A DNA stretch of 64,000 nt from Vicinamibacterales bacterium (GTDB taxonomy: Bacteria > Acidobacteriota > Vicinamibacteria > Vicinamibacterales > UBA2999): positions 34,387 through 98,386 of the forward strand of contig JBFWOG010000006.1 in the NCBI GenBank assembly GCA_050250645.1, in the 5' to 3' direction. The notes beneath the pieces are model-generated. The model was not told the DNA's origin. It saw nothing but the letters and a program-made list of their open reading frames with translations, and ran no database searches. The position numbers were made by a program, and so were the translations under genes. Each line of letters starts with the position of its first letter. The first letter of the stretch is position 1. Positions 24,552 to 32,940 of this stretch are shown in pieces.

Positions 24552-26546
24552 TCAGGGGACGACGACGACCAGCTCGGTGGACGGGGTCCCGGTGCCAGCC
24601 CCGTTCCTGGCGCGAACGCGCACGTAATAACGGCCCGCGGGCACACCCGTCACGACGACGGACGGCGTCGTGTCCGCGACGAAGGTGGCGAGGTCGGCCA
24701 GGCCGGAGGCGCTGCCGGCCTCGATCACGTAGGCGGTGGGTGCCGTTCCGCCAGCCGGGGCCGACCAGGAGAGGGTGACCGTGGAGCCGGAGACCTGGGC
24801 CGTGAGTCCCGTCGGGGGCGCCGGGAGGGACGGTCCCGGCCCGCCGCCCTCGATGGCGAACGAGACCTCCTCCGAGGGCGCGCCTGCTCCCGAGGCGTTC
24901 AGGGCGACCACGCGCAGGTAGTAGGTGCCGGGCGCGGCCGACGCGGTGACGGCGAGGCTCGTGCCCACGTTGAAGCGTCCGACGTCGTCGGCGCCCGGGC
25001 TGTGGCCGGCGACGATCTCGTAGGCGCTGACAGAGCCTCCGCCGGCCGGGGGACGCCAGGAAATGGTCACCATGTTCCCGCTGGGCACGGCCTGGAGCGA
25101 CGCCGGTGCGCCCGGCCGGCCCGTGGGCCCGCCGAGGGCCGCGGCCGCGTCCCACACGCGGATGCGGCGGTAGACCAGGCCCGAGTCCACGTCGGCGATC
25201 TCGAGGCCCGTGGCGACCAGTGCCGAGAGGATCGAGTGCACGCTCGCCTGGGAATAGCGTTCGCGCAGGAGGGCCCAGGCGCCCGTCACGTGCGGCGCGG
25301 CCATCGACGTCCCGCTGTAGGTGACGTAGGCGCCGCCAACCACGGACGAGACGATGCTGGAGCCTGGGGCGAGGACCGAGAGCTGCGGGGAGCGGTTCGA
25401 GAAGTAGGAGAGCTCGTCGAGCTTGGTGGACGAGCCCACGCTGACGACCGACGAGACGCACGCCGGGGCGCTCAGACCGGTTGCCGATCCGTCGTTGCCC
25501 GATGCCACCACGGTCGCGATGCCGAGGGCCCGGAGCTGGTCGACGGCCGCCTTGAACGACGAGTAGTCGGTGTCGCACGTCCCCGCGTAGTGGCCGGCGC
25601 CGATGCTCAGGTTGATGGCGGCGATCCGGCTGCCCTCGAGCGTCCCCGCGAGCTCGAACACCCGCTCGAGGCCGCGCACCTGGTCGGACGTGTAGCTCAG
25701 GATGCAGCTCGACTCGGGCGCGCAGAGGGTCGGGTTCTCGAAGTGGCTGAAGACCTGGATGGACAGCAGCGTGGCCTTGCGCGCGACACCGTAGACCGAG
25801 CCCGCCTGATCGTTCCCGATCGCGATGCCCGCCACGTGGGTCCCGTGGTTGCAGCCGTCGTAGATGTCATCGAGCTCCGCGGTGCAGTTCCAGCCGGAGC
25901 CGGTGGCGACCGAGCTCGACGCGCCGCCCGGGCAGAGGGACGTCGCCCCCTGCGAGGTGACCGTGGACGAGTAGCAGGCCTCCGACACGACGCGCGGCCG
26001 CAGGAACGGGTGCGTGGGGTCCACGCCACTGTCGAGCACCGCGACCGTCCAGCCGTCTCCCTCGATCCCGGCCTCCCACAGCAGGGGCGCCTGGATCAGC
26101 GGGACGCTGTGGACGACGACCGGCGCCGATGGGTCGGCGGGCGCCACACCGATCGGCCGCATCGGCGTGTCGGGCTCGATCGCGGCCACGCCAGGCAGCG
26201 CGGCCAACGCCAGGAGCGCCGCCTGGTCGACCTCGGCGGCGAACCCCGGCACGTAGGTGAACCGCTTCACGCCGCGCACGGCCTGGCCGCCGAGCCGCGC
26301 GAGGACAGCCGCCTGGGCGCCGGCCACGGCCGCCCGCTGCGCGGAACGGGCGTCGGCTCGCCGGAGGTCGCCCGCCGCCTCGGGCGTGGCCAGGCGCACG
26401 ATGACCCGCACCGGGCCCCGGGTCGCCGCGGCGGCCACGGCGGAGGGGACGCGGACGGGGACCTGGGCCTCGAGCGGAAGCGGCGTCAGCGTCAGCGCCA
26501 GCGTCGTCAGCGCGGCGGCAAGTGCGAGGAGTCCTGGGGGCATCAT
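24552..26546 (-). CDS. Secreted S8 subtilisin-like serine protease with 2 C-terminal Fn3-like modules
   Basis: Signal peptide, then VAVLDSGVD, CNHGTHVAGIA and SGTSMAAPHVTGAWALL, then two modules of the same type as in 22260-24482. Confidence 0.85.
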   Translation of the reverse strand: MMPPGLLALAAALTTLALTLTPLPLEAQVPVRVPSAVAAAATRGPVRVIVRLATPEAAGDLRRADARSAQRAAVAGAQAAVLARLGGQAVRGVKRFTYVPGFAAEVDQAALLALAALPGVAAIEPDTPMRPIGVAPADPSAPVVVHSVPLIQAPLLWEAGIEGDGWTVAVLDSGVDPTHPFLRPRVVSEACYSSTVTSQGATSLCPGGASSSVATGSGWNCTAELDDIYDGCNHGTHVAGIAIGNDQAGSVYGVARKATLLSIQVFSHFENPTLCAPESSCILSYTSDQVRGLERVFELAGTLEGSRIAAINLSIGAGHYAGTCDTDYSSFKAAVDQLRALGIATVVASGNDGSATGLSAPACVSSVVSVGSSTKLDELSYFSNRSPQLSVLAPGSSIVSSVVGGAYVTYSGTSMAAPHVTGAWALLRERYSQASVHSILSALVATGLEIADVDSGLVYRRIRVWDAAAALGGPTGRPGAPASLQAVPSGNMVTISWRPPAGGGSVSAYEIVAGHSPGADDVGRFNVGTSLAVTASAAPGTYYLRVVALNASGAGAPSEEVSFAIEGGGPGPSLPAPPTGLTAQVSGSTVTLSWSAPAGGTAPTAYVIEAGSASGLADLATFVADTTPSVVVTGVPAGRYYVRVRARNGAGTGTPSTELVVVVP

Positions 26547-26650
26547 GCCCCCGGAAATCGCAAAGCCTGTGCCCGCACGCCGCTGCAGTCACAAGTCTTT
26601 AGAAAAGAGTCATTTACGGTCTATTTTGAGGGCTGGGACCACCCGGCTGG

Positions 26651-26667
26651 TGTGTAAGGATTACACA
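26651..26667. promoter_or_regulatory. Palindrome TGTGTAA-GGA-TTACACA in the AT-rich spacer upstream of the second subtilase
   Basis: Read directly. It lies about 105 nt upstream of the ATG at 26546 (minus strand), in the only AT-rich patch of the protease block. Confidence 0.3.
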
Positions 26668-26708
26668 GGGAGTGGGGAACGGCCGGGTTAGGCAGGGCAG
26701 CGCGGGTG

Positions 26709-28562
26709 TCAGGGGACGGTGATGATGGCCTCGTTGGACGGCCCGCTCGTGCCGCAGGCGTTGGCGGCACGCACCCGCACGAAGTAGGTTCCCGGAGGCG
26801 CCTGCACCTGGAGCCCCAGGGTCGCCCCGACCGCCTGGTTGTAGAGGTTGGCGAGCCCGGACGCGGAGCCAGCCTCGACCACGTAGGTGGTCGGCACACC
26901 CGCGGCGGGGGCGAGCCACTGGAGGGTCACCACGTTGCCGGCGCGGGCATATGAGAAGTTCTGGGGCGGACTCGGCGCCGCGGAGCAGCCGCCGCCGCTG
27001 ACGACGGCGAACTGCGCCTCCGTCGATGCGGGCCCTTGTCCCGCGGCGTTCACCCCGTAGACCCGCCAGTAGTAGAGGCCCAGGCCGACCTGGCCCGACA
27101 CGCTCGTCGCGCCGCCGACGTTCTGGTTCGCCAGGTCGAGGGCGCCGGGCGCCGAGCCGACCTCGATCCTGTAGGCCGTCGCGGGCGCTGCCGGGTCGCT
27201 CACCGCATTCCACGAGAGGGTGACCGCACTGCCGTTGACCACCGACTGGAGGCCTGTCGGGGCGGCGGGCGTCGCTCCCGGCGTGGGCGTGGGCGTGGGC
27301 GATGGACTCGTGGTCACCGCCTGCCGGAAGTTGGCGACCGTGCTCGCGGCCTGGCTGATCGACAGCGCGTTGTTCTGCGACGCGGTGCCGGTCACCTCGC
27401 CCAGGTAGGCGACGCTGGGGTTCGAGAAGCGGAGCACTCGCGGGCAGCCCGCCCCGACCCCGCACGAGTAGGCCATCACCGACCGGAACGTGCCGCCCGG
27501 CGACTTGTAGCCGTACGAGTAGCTGAAGAGGGCGCCGGAGGCGCCGTCCTCCGGCGCGTGGTGCGACCCCTCGTTGTGACCCATCTCGTGGGTCGGCGTG
27601 TACTGCGACGCGCAGCGCCAGTCCGCGACCGAGTACGCATTCGGCGCGAACTGCGATCCGAAGAGCCCCGGCGTCATCAGCCAGCCGACGCCGCAGGCGG
27701 AGGTGGACGGGCTGTGCACGAGCAGCTGCACGAGGTCGGCGCCCACCTGGTTGCGATAGGCGGCGGCCGTCGCGGAATTGGTCACGGCCAGCAGGTCGCT
27801 GCTCATGCTCGACGTGCTCTCCGTGATGGGCACCTCGAAGCTCCCGACCAGCCGGACCAGGGTGCCGATGCCGCTCTGCTGGTACGCCGTGTTCGTGTCG
27901 GAGATGACCTGCGACGCGAGGGCGGCCACCTGCGCGGTGCCGCCGGCGGCGGCGCGCATGGCTGGCGTGTAGAGCAGGAGGATGTCGATGGTGGCGCCGC
28001 TGTCGGCAGCCGCCTCGGGCCGGGCCGCCGTGCGCGCGGGCGCGGCGCCGGGGGCCGCGGGCGGCTCGAGCGGGGGCAACTCCGCGCCGAGCGCCGTGCG
28101 GTCGACGAGTTCGAGCGCGTACAGCCCGTCGCTGACGGTCCGCACCTGGTAGGTGGCGGCAGCCGTGTCGATGACACCGGACACTACGCCGGCACGCTCG
28201 GTCAGGACGACGTGGCTGTCGGGTTCGCCCGCGACCACGCCCACCCAGGAGCGGTGACCCGACGCATCCATGTCCACGCGCACGCGGTCCGCCGGCAGGA
28301 CCTGGCCGAAGAGGTTGAGGGCCAGGCGCGAGGCGCCGGCCGCGCCGGCGAACACGCGGTCGAGCCGCATCCCCGCGTACTGGCGGGCGGCGACGGGGAG
28401 GTCCTGGCGGGCGGCGAGTGCGCGCGCGGCCGCCTCCGCCGGGGCCGATCGCGCGGCGGCGGGCAGCGGGGTGAAGACCGCCGGCGCGTCCTGGGCTGCC
28501 CCGGCGCCCGGCGCCGCGAGGAGGCATGCGAGCACGATGGCGCGCAGGCGGGTGCGGGACAT
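26709..28562 (-). CDS. Secreted reprolysin-like zinc metalloprotease (metzincin) with 2 C-terminal Fn3-like modules
   Basis: Signal peptide [24 protein letters not shown], the zinc motif HEMGHNEGSHH (HExxHxxGxxH), a PT-rich linker, and two modules. Its ATG overlaps the upstream stop (TGATG). Confidence 0.8.
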   Translation of the reverse strand: MSRTRLRAIVLACLLAAPGAGAAQDAPAVFTPLPAAARSAPAEAAARALAARQDLPVAARQYAGMRLDRVFAGAAGASRLALNLFGQVLPADRVRVDMDASGHRSWVGVVAGEPDSHVVLTERAGVVSGVIDTAAATYQVRTVSDGLYALELVDRTALGAELPPLEPPAAPGAAPARTAARPEAAADSGATIDILLLYTPAMRAAAGGTAQVAALASQVISDTNTAYQQSGIGTLVRLVGSFEVPITESTSSMSSDLLAVTNSATAAAYRNQVGADLVQLLVHSPSTSACGVGWLMTPGLFGSQFAPNAYSVADWRCASQYTPTHEMGHNEGSHHAPEDGASGALFSYSYGYKSPGGTFRSVMAYSCGVGAGCPRVLRFSNPSVAYLGEVTGTASQNNALSISQAASTVANFRQAVTTSPSPTPTPTPGATPAAPTGLQSVVNGSAVTLSWNAVSDPAAPATAYRIEVGSAPGALDLANQNVGGATSVSGQVGLGLYYWRVYGVNAAGQGPASTEAQFAVVSGGGCSAAPSPPQNFSYARAGNVVTLQWLAPAAGVPTTYVVEAGSASGLANLYNQAVGATLGLQVQAPPGTYFVRVRAANACGTSGPSNEAIITVP

Positions 28563-30295
28563 CAGGGAATCGTGACGACGACTTCGTTGGATCCGGCGCT
28601 CAGGCCGCAGGCGTTCCTGGACCGCACGCGGACGTAGTAGGTGCCCGCCGGGCCGGAGGCGGTGATGCCGGTGACCGGACCGAGCTCCGATGCGAGCAGG
28701 TTCTCGAGGCCGGGACCGCTGCCGACCGTCAGCGCATAGCCGGTAGGTGCGCCGCCAGTGGCCGGGGCCGTCCACGTGAAGGTGACCTGCAGCCCGGCCT
28801 TGGTGAACGCGAGGGCGGTGGGCGGCTGGGGCGCCTCGCAGCCGAGCGAGAGCACGATCTCGTTGGAGGCCGCGCCCGTGCCGATGGCGTTGCGGGCGCG
28901 CACGCGCACGTAGTAGGTGCCCGGCGGCACGCCCGCGAACGAGACGGCGGTCGCCGTGCCCGTCTCCGTGTTCGCGAGGTTCGCCAGGCCGGTCGCCGAG
29001 CCCGCCTCCACGACGTAGGTGGTCACCGTGCCTCCGGTCGTCGGCGGGGTCCAGCTGAGCGTGACGCTGGAGCCGCTGACGGTGCCGGTGAGGGCGGACG
29101 GCGCGCCGGGCGTCGTGGGGCCACTGGTGCCACCGAGCGGATAGATGGCCACGGCGCCGTTGGTGTCATCGGCGCCCAGGGGAGACGGCGCGCTCGTGCA
29201 CCCGGGCAGCGGGTTCGCGTTCATCACGGCGTCGCTGCCGGTCGCGTGCCCGAGGCCGATGGCGTGGCCGAGGTTGTGCGTGAGCGCGTCCTGGAAGCAG
29301 CCGCGCTGCGAGAGATACGTCAGGGCGCCGGCGCTGTTGTTGAGCATCACGTTGCCCTGGAGGAACTTCTTGAACGTGGTGCCGCCGACCGACCGGACGT
29401 CCCCGCCGGTGAAGTAGCCGCCGCCGAGCCCCAGGACCGATCCGCTGTCGGAGATCTCGCCGCAGGGGTCGTTGAACGCGACCGAGATGCGGCCGTCGCC
29501 CTCGTAGGTCGCGAGGCACCGCGCGCTGCGCGCCGTGTTGCGCTCGAGGCGCAGCCGCATGCCCGACCCGTTCCAGAGCGCCAGCGCCGCGTCGAGCTCG
29601 GCCAGCCCGCCACCGAGACCGGACGGCGGGGCCTCGTAGTCGACGGCCACCGGCGTGTCGGCATCGGCCTCGTGCCAGCGCGCCGGGCCGCCCTCGGACG
29701 CGGGCAGGAACGTGTAATCCGCGGCGGCACCGAGCTCCACCGGCCAGGTGTTGATCGGCTGCGCGGCGGCCGGCCGGTCCGGGGCCGCCGCGGTCGCGGC
29801 CGCGGACCTGAGCGCCTGGGCCGCCAGCCGGTCGGTGCGGCCGGTGCCCGGGTCGACGCGCTCCGCCGCGATGCCGAGCGCGGGATCCGTCGCCAGCGTC
29901 CACGCGCCCTGCCAGAGGCCCGTCACGTAGAGCGAGCCGTCGCGCGGGCGCTGCTCGAGGAACAGGACCACCGTGGCGCCGGGCGTGAGGCGGGCCTGCC
30001 CGGGAACCTCGAACTCGAGGTTGCCGGCGTGCCCGCCGAGTGTCTTGACGGCAATCCGGCCCGGCGCCAGCGGTCCCTTCCAGACCTCCGCGACGTCGAC
30101 GACCGCGTAGGAATAGAGCCCGTTCACCGCGGGATCCCAGGTGCTCGTCGTGGCGACCACGCGCCCGGCGATCACGACGCGCGAGAAGGCGGCGAGCTCG
30201 GCGAGCGACCAGACCGGGGTCGTGTCGGCGAAGGCGGGGACGGCGAGCGCCACGAGGGCGAGGACGATCAGCGACAGGCGACCTGGCGAACGCAT
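28562..30295 (-). CDS. Secreted matrixin-like (M10-like) protein with a variant HNxxHxxGxxH motif and 2 C-terminal Fn3-like modules
   Basis: Signal peptide, then [21 protein letters not shown]...[12 protein letters not shown]. The Asn (AAC) at the catalytic Glu position was verified in the DNA. Confidence 0.75.
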   Translation of the reverse strand: MRSPGRLSLIVLALVALAVPAFADTTPVWSLAELAAFSRVVIAGRVVATTSTWDPAVNGLYSYAVVDVAEVWKGPLAPGRIAVKTLGGHAGNLEFEVPGQARLTPGATVVLFLEQRPRDGSLYVTGLWQGAWTLATDPALGIAAERVDPGTGRTDRLAAQALRSAAATAAAPDRPAAAQPINTWPVELGAAADYTFLPASEGGPARWHEADADTPVAVDYEAPPSGLGGGLAELDAALALWNGSGMRLRLERNTARSARCLATYEGDGRISVAFNDPCGEISDSGSVLGLGGGYFTGGDVRSVGGTTFKKFLQGNVMLNNSAGALTYLSQRGCFQDALTHNLGHAIGLGHATGSDAVMNANPLPGCTSAPSPLGADDTNGAVAIYPLGGTSGPTTPGAPSALTGTVSGSSVTLSWTPPTTGGTVTTYVVEAGSATGLANLANTETGTATAVSFAGVPPGTYYVRVRARNAIGTGAASNEIVLSLGCEAPQPPTALAFTKAGLQVTFTWTAPATGGAPTGYALTVGSGPGLENLLASELGPVTGITASGPAGTYYVRVRSRNACGLSAGSNEVVVTIP

Positions 30296-30396
30296 GGTCT
30301 TCTATTGTGCCCCAGGGGGAGGCGGAAGTGGGATGGAGGCGGGGCACGCGGGGGATGCGCGCCGGGACCCGAGCGGGGCCCCGGCGCGTCCCGAGT

Positions 30397-31500
30397 TCAG
30401 CGCTGGTCGGGCGGGTAGCCGGCGCTCAGGAACGGCAGCAGGGTCCAGCGCCCGACGGTGCCCGCGTCGCGGGTGGCCTGGGTCTGGTCCTGCCAGTTCC
30501 ACGACGGGCGGTCGCCGCAGTGGCCGCCGATCGTGTCGATGATGTAGACGTTGGTCGTGCCCTCGTCGGTGTCCGACCCGAAGTTGTAGGTGACGATGTC
30601 CTGCGACATGTCGCCGACGTTGCCGCGCTTCCAGTTGAGGCCCCAGCGGGAGTCCTGCTGGCGGAGCGCCTGGACCACCCGGAACAGCCAGGTGTTGTTG
30701 CCGCCGTGCTCACGGCACGAGTTGCGGAGGTCGCTCGGGTAAGCCGCGGCCATCTGGGCCACGACCGCCGCGCCGTACGACGGCAGCGGGAGGACGGTGC
30801 CCGGCGCCGGGTTGGGCGTGCGCGGGCCGCTGCCCGCGATGTCGGTGATCGTGAAGGTGATCTCGGACGAGACCGCCTGGCCGCACTGGTCGCCGACCAC
30901 GATGCGCGCGTAGAAGGTGCCCGCGAGGCTCACGACCTCCTGGTGCGAGGTCGTCGTCGGGCCGAGCGTCCGGGCGAGTTCGGTGGCGCCGGAGACGCGG
31001 CTGATCTCGACGCGGTAGCCGATCGCGCCGGGGACGGCGGCCCAGGTGAACTGCACGAGGGGCCCTGCCACCTGCGCCGCAAGGGCCGGGGCGACGATCT
31101 GGCCGCAGGGGCTGGGCGTCGGCGTGGGGGTGGGCGTTGGCGTTGGCGTGGGCGTGGGCGTCGTGCCGCCGACGGTGATGCCGACCTCGTTCGAGGCGGG
31201 GCCGATGGTCGAGCCCGCGGTCCCCCGGACGCGCAGGAAGTACGTGCCGGCCGGGGCGTTGACCACCGCCTGGGTGGTCGTGCCGGGGACGTTCACGACG
31301 GCGATGTTGCTCGAGCCGGATGCGCTGCCGGCCTCCAGGCGATACCCGGTCGCGCCGGGCACGGCCGTCCAGGAAATCGTGACCTGGACGCCGGAGACGG
31401 TGACGGTCAGCGTGGGCGCCTGCGCGGCCGCGTCGGTGCGGGTCAGCGCGAGCATCGCCAGGGCGAGCACCGCGAGACCGGTGGCCTTCTTAAGGGTCAT
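30397..31500 (-). CDS. Secreted protein: 2 N-terminal Fn3-like modules, a (TP)n linker, and a C-terminal domain of about 160 aa of unknown function
   Basis: Signal peptide; modules VSGVQVTISWTAVPGATGYRLEAGSA...GTYFLRVRG and VAGPLVQFTWAAVPGAIGYRVEIS...; linker TPTPTPTPTPTPTPTPTPSP. The C-terminal domain was not recognised. Confidence 0.7.
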   Translation of the reverse strand: MTLKKATGLAVLALAMLALTRTDAAAQAPTLTVTVSGVQVTISWTAVPGATGYRLEAGSASGSSNIAVVNVPGTTTQAVVNAPAGTYFLRVRGTAGSTIGPASNEVGITVGGTTPTPTPTPTPTPTPTPSPCGQIVAPALAAQVAGPLVQFTWAAVPGAIGYRVEISRVSGATELARTLGPTTTSHQEVVSLAGTFYARIVVGDQCGQAVSSEITFTITDIAGSGPRTPNPAPGTVLPLPSYGAAVVAQMAAAYPSDLRNSCREHGGNNTWLFRVVQALRQQDSRWGLNWKRGNVGDMSQDIVTYNFGSDTDEGTTNVYIIDTIGGHCGDRPSWNWQDQTQATRDAGTVGRWTLLPFLSAGYPPDQR

Positions 31501-31658
31501 CGGTACAGTCCTTTGCCCGGAGCAGACCGCCTTCGGCCTGTACGGGACGAAACACGAGTTGACAAGACCGGGGGCTGGGAGTGCCTCGGGGGTGAGACCT
31601 GCACACTATAGCATGGGTTCACAGGGATGTGCAGGCGCAATGGTATAGTCGAAATTCG

Positions 31659-32741
31659 ATGTCTCCAGTGAAGAAGATCGGGATCCTGACCGGGGGCGGT
31701 GACGCGCCCGGGTTGAACGCCGTCATCCGCGCTGTCGTCAAGGCGGCCTGCAACGCCGGGATCGAGGTCATCGGTCTCGAGGACAGCTTCGACGGCCTGC
31801 TCGACCCGTCCCGCACGCGGCTGTTGACCCCCAAGGACGTCACCGGGATCCTCCGCCTCGGCGGGACCATCCTCGGCACGACGAACCGGGGCAACCCCTT
31901 CGAGTACCCGGTCGACACCCCGGACGGGAAGGTGGATTACTCGGACCGGTGCGTCGACACGTTCCAGAAGATGGGCATGGACGCGCTGGTCGTCATCGGC
32001 GGCGACGGCACCCTGACGATTGCCCACCAGTTCTACCTGAAGGGCATCCCCGTCGTCGGCGTCCCGAAGACGATCGACAACGACATCTGGGGGACGACCA
32101 GCTGCTTCGGCTTCGACACGGCCGTCTCGTTCGCCGCCGACGCGATCGACCGCCTCCACACCACCGCCGAGGCGCACAAGCGGATCATGGTCGTCGAGGT
32201 GATGGGGCGCTATGCCGGGTGGATCGCGCTGCACGGCGGCATCGCGGGCGGCGCGGACGTGATCCTGATGCCCGAGATTCCCTACGACGTCGAGCGCGTC
32301 GCCCAGCGGATCCGCGAGCGCGACGCCTTCGGCGCCAAGTTCAGCATCGTCGTCGTCGCCGAGGGGGCCCGGCCCGTCGGCGGGTCGCTGACGCTCGTCG
32401 AGGAGGCGACCCGGGGCCACGTGGAGCGGCTGGGCGGCGTCGGGTCGATCGTCGCGCGCCAGCTCGAGGAGATGACGGGCAAGGAGGCGCGCTACGTGGT
32501 GCTCGGCCACCTGCAGCGGGGCGGGGCGCCGACCGCCTTCGACCGCGTGCTGGCCACGCGCTTCGGCGCGAAGGCCGTCGAGCTGCTGCAGCGCGGGGTG
32601 TTCGGCAAGATGGTCGCGAACAACCCGCCCGACATCGTGCCGATCCCGCTCGCCGACGTGATGGGGAAGACCAAGACCGTGCCGCTCGACTACGACCTGC
32701 TCAAGTCGGCGCGGGCCCTGGGCGTCTCGCTCGGGGACTAA
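31659..32741 (+). CDS. pfkA: ATP-dependent 6-phosphofructokinase
   Basis: KKIGILTGGGDAPGLNAVIRAVV...IGGDGTLT...VGVPKTIDNDI...MGRYAGWIAL. The start was set at MSPVKKIG. Confidence 0.9.
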   Translation: MSPVKKIGILTGGGDAPGLNAVIRAVVKAACNAGIEVIGLEDSFDGLLDPSRTRLLTPKDVTGILRLGGTILGTTNRGNPFEYPVDTPDGKVDYSDRCVDTFQKMGMDALVVIGGDGTLTIAHQFYLKGIPVVGVPKTIDNDIWGTTSCFGFDTAVSFAADAIDRLHTTAEAHKRIMVVEVMGRYAGWIALHGGIAGGADVILMPEIPYDVERVAQRIRERDAFGAKFSIVVVAEGARPVGGSLTLVEEATRGHVERLGGVGSIVARQLEEMTGKEARYVVLGHLQRGGAPTAFDRVLATRFGAKAVELLQRGVFGKMVANNPPDIVPIPLADVMGKTKTVPLDYDLLKSARALGVSLGD

Positions 32742-32765
32742 GCAGGCCTCGCCTTCGGCTCGTTG

Positions 32766-32863
32766 GGACTCGGCCTGCGGCCTCGCTAGGACTCGGGCCT
32801 GCGGCCCTCGCCAGGACTCGGCCAGCGGGCCTCGCTAGTAGGACTCGTCCTGCGGCCTCGCCA
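32766..32863. repeat. Four tandem 23-27-bp units GGACTCG..CCTCGC(T/C)A
   Basis: Read directly; units at 32766, 32789, 32814 and 32841. It lies between the convergent pfkA and thrC genes. Confidence 0.8.
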
Positions 32864-32883
32864 GGACCGGCCCCGATGGATCC

Positions 32884-32940
32884 CAGCGAGCGCAGCGAGT
32901 CCTAGCGAGCGTAGCGAGTCCCAGCGACCGAAGGGAGTCC
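32884..32940. repeat. Three tandem 19-bp units (C/T)AGCGA.CG.AG.GAGTCC, the inverted complement of the 32766-32863 unit
   Basis: Read directly; units at 32884, 32903 and 32922. It ends at the thrC stop codon. Confidence 0.8.

Noticed and set aside
22260-30295. A PEP-CTERM, LPXTG or T9SS-type C-terminal sorting signal on the four proteases.
   Set aside because: The proteins end directly in a beta-strand-like ..SNE.V.V.VP with no PEP or LPXTG motif, no terminal TM helix and no basic tail. The conserved end looks like the last strand of the Fn3-like module, not a known sorting tag.
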